64,000 nt of DNA. Source: Promethearchaeota archaeon. Lineage in GTDB: Archaea; Asgardarchaeota; Lokiarchaeia; Sigyniarchaeales; SOKP01. This document shows, in pieces, positions 56,881-64,000 of this stretch (the first letter of the stretch is position 1; every line of letters begins with the position of its first letter). The notes under the pieces were generated by a model. It ran no database searches. It was not told the origin of the DNA and saw only the letters and a program-made list of their open reading frames with translations. The translations under genes were made by a program, and so were the position numbers. The stretch spans positions 32,001-96,000 of the forward strand of contig RDOE01000001.1 of assembly GCA_011364975.1 (NCBI GenBank), in the 5' to 3' direction.

Positions 56881-58629
56881 TTATTGGGCATAGAGCGTTG
56901 CATCATCCCAATAAACAGGATAGAAGTAAGCTCTACCCATAGCATTAGAGGGATAACCTTTTACTTTAATGTTCCAGGCATCATTATTGATTCCAGTATA
57001 ACCATAAGCCCATGGCATATCCTCTTCAACAAGAAGTTGTTGGATTCTGTCATAGTAGCCTTGTCTTGTAGGTCCATTTGGCTCTAATAGTGCAGTTTCC
57101 ATTAATAACTGAACGTTGTCATCTAAGAGAAGTGGGTCTCTGCCAGCTTCAATTGCCGATAAATAACCATTATATTTCGCACCGTTCGATGCAACAGATC
57201 GATTGGTGAATAATGGGTTTATGTAGTTACTTGGGTCGTTGTAATCGGGGATCCATCCGAGCCAGTAAATTTGAACTTGATCTCTAAATCGACCACCTAA
57301 TTCGTATAAGCTGTAAATGAAGTTCGCCCAAGTACCACCGGCATCTTCAACTGCAACACCTATCATACCTAAATTATCAGTTAACACGCTTAACATATTT
57401 TCACGCATGTCATTTCCGATATTATAGGTATAGTTAAATGTGGCAAATGGAGTAGTTGAGGCGGCAGTTGTCCATTGAGCATCAGTCCAAGCCATACTTC
57501 CATAACCCATGCCAACCATAAGTTCTCTTGCTTTCGTTACATTGAAAGTAGCAACATTATAGCCGTCATTGGCGTATGTTATACCATTTGGAATAGGTGA
57601 TTTCAATCGGACCGCTTGCCCTTCTAACAATTCCTCAATTATGAAGGAATAGTTAAGAGCGTATGAGAACGCTTTTCTGAAGGTGGTATTAATCCAGAAG
57701 GAGTTCATACCAAGATATTGTACACTTAATCCAGGGTTCGGATCAGTATATAGCTCAACATCTGGCTCTGCGGCAAATGTAGATAACATTGAGCCCATAG
57801 GATCTAATAAAATATCAATATCCTCAGAAAGTAATGCATTATTTCTGATTTGAGCATCATTGATAACGGAAAAGATTAAAGTATCAATTTTTGCTCTTGG
57901 TCTATAATAATAATCCCATGCGTGAAATCGGATTTCAACACCAGCTTCATACCCATCATAGACGAATGGTCCAGTTCCTACTAAATCACCTGTTGCAGTA
58001 TCAAGTACTTCATCAAAAGGTGTTGCGGTAGGCGAAACCATATACATAGCATTAAAGCTAAGAATGGCTTCAATAGGACCATATTGTACATTACAGGTTA
58101 TATTTAGACTATAATCACCAGTTTTAGTCACTGAATCGATAATGTTAATAAAGTCATCAGTGGCAGGGTCATAATATTCATACAATTCAGCAGCTTTAGC
58201 TAAACCAAGGTCCATTAAATTAGCATAGCGGTCAAGATTCCATTTTGCAGCTGTAGCGTCAAATTTGGTACCATCATGAAACCATACATCTTGTCTTAAA
58301 TCAATTTGATATACTGGTTTTGAACCTGTAAGATCCCAGCTACCTTTAGCAGCCGCAAGCGCGGGAACAATAGCCAAATCTGGATCCGTTAAATTATAAA
58401 GGTACAAACCTTCACAGACTTGATCATGAACATTAGAGGAAGCACTATCCCATGCATCCATTGGATCGAGATCTGCGGGTCCTGACATTGTGCCAAAAAC
58501 AAGCGTTACGCCCAAATCTGGAGGTTGTTGAGCAGTAGGCAAGAGAAGAAGGATGCCATTTCCTGCTATGGACGCAACCGCTAGCACCGCTAAAATAATG
58601 ATTGCCCAGTCTTTTTTTTCCAAATCCAT
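56881..58629 (-). CDS. oppA: Oligopeptide ABC substrate-binding protein (family 5), N-terminally anchored
   Basis: DLDP, VCEGLY, LRQDVWFHDGTKFDA, GTGPF, GWIPDYNDP. Confidence 0.92.
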   Translation of the reverse strand: MDLEKKDWAIIILAVLAVASIAGNGILLLLPTAQQPPDLGVTLVFGTMSGPADLDPMDAWDSASSNVHDQVCEGLYLYNLTDPDLAIVPALAAAKGSWDLTGSKPVYQIDLRQDVWFHDGTKFDATAAKWNLDRYANLMDLGLAKAAELYEYYDPATDDFINIIDSVTKTGDYSLNITCNVQYGPIEAILSFNAMYMVSPTATPFDEVLDTATGDLVGTGPFVYDGYEAGVEIRFHAWDYYYRPRAKIDTLIFSVINDAQIRNNALLSEDIDILLDPMGSMLSTFAAEPDVELYTDPNPGLSVQYLGMNSFWINTTFRKAFSYALNYSFIIEELLEGQAVRLKSPIPNGITYANDGYNVATFNVTKARELMVGMGYGSMAWTDAQWTTAASTTPFATFNYTYNIGNDMRENMLSVLTDNLGMIGVAVEDAGGTWANFIYSLYELGGRFRDQVQIYWLGWIPDYNDPSNYINPLFTNRSVASNGAKYNGYLSAIEAGRDPLLLDDNVQLLMETALLEPNGPTRQGYYDRIQQLLVEEDMPWAYGYTGINNDAWNIKVKGYPSNAMGRAYFYPVYWDDATLYAQ

Positions 58630-58934
58630 ATTATAATCACTTAATATATTTAAAGTTTTTTAACGAATTTTTTATTAGATTTGTTGTTAAATAACTACTT
58701 AATTAGGAATACTTATAAGTTTTTTCATTTTTTATCCTTAATTCCATGATCTGTTAAAAAATGGACATGAAATTTTATTGTAAACGAGAATTGGATGAGG
58801 TAAATTAACGAAAGATATTTTTTTTAAAGTACCTAAAACTTAGTGATTTATTAAATTTTAATGATTTTTTTAATAATTTGAAAGAAAATAAAAAAAAAAA
58901 GAATTATATTTTGAATTTATTTAACACTATCAAT

Positions 58935-60692
58935 CTATTGGGAATAAAGCTCTGGAAGCTTCCAATAGCATGGATAGAAGTATACTTTTTGCATCGCATT
59001 TCCTGGATGACCGGCTAAATCTTTATTATAGCAATCGTTATTTTTACCAGTGTATCCGAAGACCCATGGCATATCCTCTTCAACTAATAGTTGTTGAATT
59101 CTATCATATTGTGCTTCTCTTGATACAGGATCTGTATTTAAAATTGCAGCTTCCATTAAAAGTTGCACATTATCGTTGATATCAAAAGGATCTCTGCCTG
59201 CTTCTATCGCAGATAAATATCCGTTATAAATTACACCGTTAGAAGCGGTGGATCGATTTGTAAATTCTGGGTTCACGTAATTGCTAGGATCGTTATAATC
59301 CGGAATCCATCCAAGCCAGAATATTTGGTTCATTTCTCGATATAAGCCAGCGAGATCGTAAGTACTTAATATATATTGCGCCCATGTGGTACCCGCATCT
59401 TCAACCTCAATACCAACAGCTCCAAGATTAGCTCTTAGTAAGATGAGAAGATTTTCACGAATTGGATTTCCGATGTTGTAAGTATAGTTAAATGTAGCAA
59501 AGGTTGAAGCTTCCCAAGCAGCATCATCAGTCAATGATAATGATGCTCCAAAACCCATACTTTGCATGATTTGCCTTGCTTTGGTAACATTATAGGTTGC
59601 TGCATTAAAGCTGTCATTAGCATACGTGATACCATTTGGAATATTAGATTTTAATCTAACGGCTTGATCTTGCATTAGTTCATGGATAAGGAAGGAATAG
59701 TTGAAAGCGTATGAAATAACTTTTCTGAAGGTAGAATTTATCCAATAGTTAACCATGCCTAAGTATTGAACGCTTAAACTTATACCAACTTGTTCTCGGA
59801 TAATATCCGGCTCAGCGTCAAATGTGGATAACATTGCTGGGGTAGGATCATCTAGAAAATCAATATCACCAGAAAGCAATGCATTATTTCTTATTTGGGC
59901 ATCATTGATAACGGAAAAGATTAATGTATCGATTTTAGCTCTTGGTTTATAGTAATAATCCCATGCGTGAAATCGGATTTCAACACCAGCTTCATAACCA
60001 TCATAAACAAATGGTCCAGTACCTACTAGGTCTCCTGAAGCGGTGTCAAGAACATCATCAAATGGCGTTGATGTGGGTGAAACCATATACGCCGCATTGA
60101 AACATAAGAGTGGTTCAAACGCACCATATGGTGTATTAAGCACAAATTTTAAAGTATAATCATCAACAACTTCCGTTCTGTTAATGATAGGCGCCATAAT
60201 AGCGGCAGTTTCACCAGTTGTTATGTTAATCACATCAGTTCTTACATAATATTCAAATAATTCTCCTGCTTTTGCTAAACCATGCTCCATTAAATAAGCT
60301 AATCGATCAAAGTTCCATTTGGCAGCAGTAGCGTCAAATTTGGTACCATCGTGAAACCATACATCTTGTCTAAGTTCAACAGTATAGTTATTACTACTCC
60401 AAACACCATAATCCGCTGCCAATTTAGGAATTATTTTTAAATTAGGATCAGTAAGATCATATCCAAATAAACCTTCACAAACCTGATCTTGTACATCAGC
60501 GGAAGCACTATCCCATGCATCCATGGGGTCCAAATCTGCAGGCCCATCTGAGGTTCCAAAAACAAGAACAATTCCCAAATCTGGAGCAGTAGGAGCATTA
60601 GGAAGGATTAAAAGTACACCATTACCGGCGATTGAAGCTACAGCCAAGATTGCTAAAATAATAATTGCCCAATCTTTTTTTTCTAAATCCAT
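58935..60692 (-). CDS. oppA: Oligopeptide ABC substrate-binding protein (family 5), tandem paralog
   Basis: Same motifs; identical N-terminus MDLEKKDWAIIILA. Confidence 0.92.
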   Translation of the reverse strand: MDLEKKDWAIIILAILAVASIAGNGVLLILPNAPTAPDLGIVLVFGTSDGPADLDPMDAWDSASADVQDQVCEGLFGYDLTDPNLKIIPKLAADYGVWSSNNYTVELRQDVWFHDGTKFDATAAKWNFDRLAYLMEHGLAKAGELFEYYVRTDVINITTGETAAIMAPIINRTEVVDDYTLKFVLNTPYGAFEPLLCFNAAYMVSPTSTPFDDVLDTASGDLVGTGPFVYDGYEAGVEIRFHAWDYYYKPRAKIDTLIFSVINDAQIRNNALLSGDIDFLDDPTPAMLSTFDAEPDIIREQVGISLSVQYLGMVNYWINSTFRKVISYAFNYSFLIHELMQDQAVRLKSNIPNGITYANDSFNAATYNVTKARQIMQSMGFGASLSLTDDAAWEASTFATFNYTYNIGNPIRENLLILLRANLGAVGIEVEDAGTTWAQYILSTYDLAGLYREMNQIFWLGWIPDYNDPSNYVNPEFTNRSTASNGVIYNGYLSAIEAGRDPFDINDNVQLLMEAAILNTDPVSREAQYDRIQQLLVEEDMPWVFGYTGKNNDCYNKDLAGHPGNAMQKVYFYPCYWKLPELYSQ

Positions 60693-60988
60693 TTTTTAAT
60701 CACTTGCGTTTTTTAAAGGGTTAATTTTTATTTAGATGTATTGTTAAATATGAACTCATCAATGTCAACTTTTAAGGTTTGTTAATATATTCATTGTGTT
60801 TTTGATTGTCAATTTTTAAAGAGAAGTATTTTAAATGTTCTAATTATTTTTTTTTCTATCTGATATGAATATTAGGGATTTCTTCGAATAATTATTAAAT
60901 AGAGGGAAAAGAATGGGAAACACGTCTAACATTTAATTTGAGATTACATTTTAAAAATGTCCTAATTGAAGAAAAGATAGAAATAATC

Positions 60989-61939
60989 TTAAATCCCAAA
61001 GATTTCAAGTACGGTTTCCAAGTAAAAGGAATAGAAGATAATGATAAATAAGAATATTCCAGCAATAATTATCCCTTTATCAAAAAAAGCTCGTTCAGTT
61101 CTACGAGCAATTTCGGGTTTTGCTGAGGTTAAATACATATAACGCATAATAATATAGAGCGATATGGGAATAGTAAAAATTACAATATATTGATGGATTA
61201 GTACTTGCTCTAAATCAAATAGGTTAAATTTTAATATCAAATATAGAGAGTATGTCATGAAAAGCGATGCTGCTATCATTACATGAAATTGATCTAATAA
61301 TTTAAGAGAATATTGATCATATACTTTCTTATGTTCGATTGCTTTGTCCTTCCCTAAGAAAAATAGATCTCCTTTTCTTTTTGCTATGCTTAAAAACATG
61401 GCAATTTCAAAAATCGCTAAAAATAACCAAGGAGAAACATATTCATTAATAATGATACAACCTGCTAAAGCTCTCCATAAATATCCTGTTGATAAAATAA
61501 GAATATCAATAAATGCGTGATTTTTAAAAAGATGATTATAAAGCTGTCCCGTTATAATTATTAAAATAATCATGGAAATAAAAAGAATATTTGGGATTAA
61601 GAAGATTAATGAAAAAATCATTAAGCCCGTAATTGCTATTAAAAGAATTATAGCATAGGAAAGGGGCAGTTGACCAGAAGCTAATGGTTTCTTTTTCATT
61701 TTTTCAGGATGTTTTTTATCATGCTCAATGTCTATAATATCATTTATTATGTAATTGAATGAGGAAGCGCAACATAAAATAATAAATCCTAAAACTAAGG
61801 GCAAATAAAGCGTTGTTTCAAATAATCGCTCACTGAAAAATGTGCCCACAAAAATTAAAACATTCTTATAGTACTGTCTTATCCGTAATAGATGCAATAA
61901 ACTTCTTAATTTGCTCATATAAGTTTTAAAACTGCTCAT
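60989..61939 (-). CDS. UbiA-superfamily prenyltransferase (decaprenyl-phosphate phosphoribosyltransferase-like)
   Basis: RIRQYYKN, YIINDIIDIEHDKKHP, PLASG, KRKGDL. Confidence 0.85.
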   Translation of the reverse strand: MSSFKTYMSKLRSLLHLLRIRQYYKNVLIFVGTFFSERLFETTLYLPLVLGFIILCCASSFNYIINDIIDIEHDKKHPEKMKKKPLASGQLPLSYAIILLIAITGLMIFSLIFLIPNILFISMIILIIITGQLYNHLFKNHAFIDILILSTGYLWRALAGCIIINEYVSPWLFLAIFEIAMFLSIAKRKGDLFFLGKDKAIEHKKVYDQYSLKLLDQFHVMIAASLFMTYSLYLILKFNLFDLEQVLIHQYIVIFTIPISLYIIMRYMYLTSAKPEIARRTERAFFDKGIIIAGIFLFIIIFYSFYLETVLEIFGI

Positions 61940-61954
61940 ATAAATTAAATTTTA

Positions 61955-64000
61955 TTATAGATAGAAAATTCGTTGTGGTTTGAATCGCTTTAATAATTTG
62001 TAGCCTAATTTACTAAAATAACTTGTTTCAGCTTTCATTTGAATACTTACCGTTTTATATTCAAATGAGATCAATTCAAGTTCATTGTATGGTATTTTCA
62101 CAATTTTATTAAAAATATTTCTGATGATCAAAAAACTCTCCTTTTCAATTAACTCATCTTGAGATTTATTATTAGTAGCCTTAAATATCAAATTTAATTC
62201 ATCAATATATCCAATCTCCATATTATTAACGGGCTTTTTTAGATGGTAGTAAGCTCTTAGTTGTTTTGACTTTATCCAGTCAATAAGGGATAATTCCTCG
62301 TTTCGAGAGAGTTTAGTTTTCCTAATTTGAAAATAAATTTCTCTTGGTTTAATGATTAAATCTTTTAATTTAAAAGTAAGATTTTCTTTCTCTCCGCTAG
62401 AACTTTTTTCTCTTAACCTCAAACATGACTCTTTGAAATCATTAAGTATTTTCACGGTCTCACAGCTATAAATTCTTATACTTCCTTTTAATTTAAGAAA
62501 AACATCGGTATTTTCGAGATCTTCTAATAAGCTAATAGGATTTGGCATTTTTATTTTAGCTAAATTTTTGATGACCTTATTTTGATGTAAATCTAAAAAT
62601 ACCAAATTTCCCTCAGTATTATTTGAATTAAACTCCACATTTATTAACTTTAAAAGACCCTCTTTTTCAAAGTAATATTGGTCATGCAGGGAAATCCATG
62701 TTTTTTCAAAAAAAGATGCATTCAGTTCAATTTGTTCATTATTGGTTGAATTATTAATAATATAAATATCCTTGTCGCATACATCGTTCTGGAACTTTAT
62801 ATCTAAAATTTTTCCTAAATTAAATGTTCGATCAATTTTATTTTTAAAAAGAAACTGTTTTCCGATATCTAATTGATATAATTCTTTTCTCTTTATTTTG
62901 ATTAGAAAATCAGAAATATTTTCTATTTGAAATAGTTCTTTAAATTTATTAGTTGCGATGGTTTTAAATTCTAAGCGGGATTTTTCAAAAACTGCAGCAT
63001 ATTTATTACGTTTTGAGTTTTTAAGGCAAATAAAGGGTAAAAGTGCTTCTTTAGTAGGTTTTAATTCCTTATCTAAAACTGCGGCAATTCGATAATAGGT
63101 GGGGGGGTGAGAATTAAGTAAATTGCTTAAAAGGGACAATCTTGAGGGTTTTATGATCGATTTATTAAGATAGTCTGCGGTATCTATGTAATTGATTATT
63201 TTATTGTATTCTGTAATCCGTTCATCACATAATAGCATCGTATTCAAACCAATTTCACGTCCAGTTGCATAAAAACTTTCTAAATTATAGAGAGCTTTTA
63301 TTAATTCCTTTGAATATCCGATCTTTTTAGTTTTTAAATCTGCTTTCCCTTCTAAAATTCTCACAAAGATAAAAAGTATGATATAAATTCCAATATTTAG
63401 TATAATAAATCCTAATAATGGAATCTGGGGATTACCAAAGGTATAATCGTAAAAGGTGGCAGGAATTCCTAATAACATTCGAAAAACTAAATCTGCAGAG
63501 GTTATTAGAGTTAATATTAAAGTATGTTTTCCTTTAGTGTGAGACAATTCATGGGCAATAATGCCTTTGATCTCGTCTCTAGGGAGATTATTTATATCTT
63601 CAGCGATAATCGCAATCCTTTTATCTAGAAATGAACCATATGCCATCGCATTGATGATGGGATATGTTCCAAAACCAGCTTTTACCTTCCCCTTGATTCC
63701 CACATCGTTTTTGACATCATCTACTATTTTCAATAATTCAACATCTTCAATACTTTTGATTCCTAGCATTGAATCTAAAATTGGTCCTGAAATGAAGTAT
63801 ATTATCCAATTGACTAATATTAAAATAAAGTAGATATTGAGAAAAATTTCTGTAAAATTGAATTCAGAAAAGAGTAAAGCTTTTTGGCCGATAAAGTTAA
63901 TAGGGGTATATTCATCTATAAAGGCTACTGCTAACCATGCAATAATGTATAGGAACAATGTCAGATATTCTGGTGACATAAACCGCCAAATTACTAAATA
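61955..64000 (-). CDS. M48/HtpX-family zinc metalloprotease with a long C-terminal region (5' end probably outside the window)
   Basis: INAMA, AHELSH, EGKAD, SHPPTYYRI; frame stays open from 63979 to the window edge. Confidence 0.85.
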   Translation of the reverse strand, partial: YLVIWRFMSPEYLTLFLYIIAWLAVAFIDEYTPINFIGQKALLFSEFNFTEIFLNIYFILILVNWIIYFISGPILDSMLGIKSIEDVELLKIVDDVKNDVGIKGKVKAGFGTYPIINAMAYGSFLDKRIAIIAEDINNLPRDEIKGIIAHELSHTKGKHTLILTLITSADLVFRMLLGIPATFYDYTFGNPQIPLLGFIILNIGIYIILFIFVRILEGKADLKTKKIGYSKELIKALYNLESFYATGREIGLNTMLLCDERITEYNKIINYIDTADYLNKSIIKPSRLSLLSNLLNSHPPTYYRIAAVLDKELKPTKEALLPFICLKNSKRNKYAAVFEKSRLEFKTIATNKFKELFQIENISDFLIKIKRKELYQLDIGKQFLFKNKIDRTFNLGKILDIKFQNDVCDKDIYIINNSTNNEQIELNASFFEKTWISLHDQYYFEKEGLLKLINVEFNSNNTEGNLVFLDLHQNKVIKNLAKIKMPNPISLLEDLENTDVFLKLKGSIRIYSCETVKILNDFKESCLRLREKSSSGEKENLTFKLKDLIIKPREIYFQIRKTKLSRNEELSLIDWIKSKQLRAYYHLKKPVNNMEIGYIDELNLIFKATNNKSQDELIEKESFLIIRNIFNKIVKIPYNELELISFEYKTVSIQMKAETSYFSKLGYKLLKRFKPQRIFYL

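Noticed and set aside
1005-63833. Many short ORFs antisense to or nested in long genes (e.g. 1316-1768, 4590-4913, 29994-30350, 48988-49488, 43309-43536)
   Set aside because: They shadow well-supported genes and show no motifs
1-64000. CRISPR arrays, IS elements, integrases, rRNA
   Set aside because: No regularly spaced repeats, transposase or integrase motifs, or long GC-rich RNA genes seen

Overview
An AT-rich archaeal chromosome segment, most likely from an Asgard archaeon (Lokiarchaeota-like). This is inferred from the archaeal ribosomal proteins plus roadblock, MglA-type GTPase, longin-like, OSTC-like, RPC34/TFE-beta-like and Loki-CTERM-like proteins. Main contents: (i) selenocysteine machinery (SepSecS, tRNA-Sec(UCA) with a 30-nt bulge-helix-bulge intron inside its D-stem, and an eEFSec-like SelB); (ii) a divergent putative corrinoid-uptake locus (duplicated-domain surface protein, DUF4430 protein, ECF S-component) whose 494-bp intergenic region is mirror-symmetric and carries a 54-bp inverted-repeat promoter/operator; (iii) the S19-to-L15 ribosomal protein cluster, with rps14 added by hand; (iv) many peptidases and an Opp/Dpp ABC transporter with two binding proteins and two unknown inserted genes; (v) three tandem HGSNAT/DUF1624-like acyltransferases, two RadA paralogs and several RNA methyltransferases. 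I saw no CRISPR array, rRNA, transposase or convincing selenoprotein. Family calls come from motif recognition by eye, not database searches.
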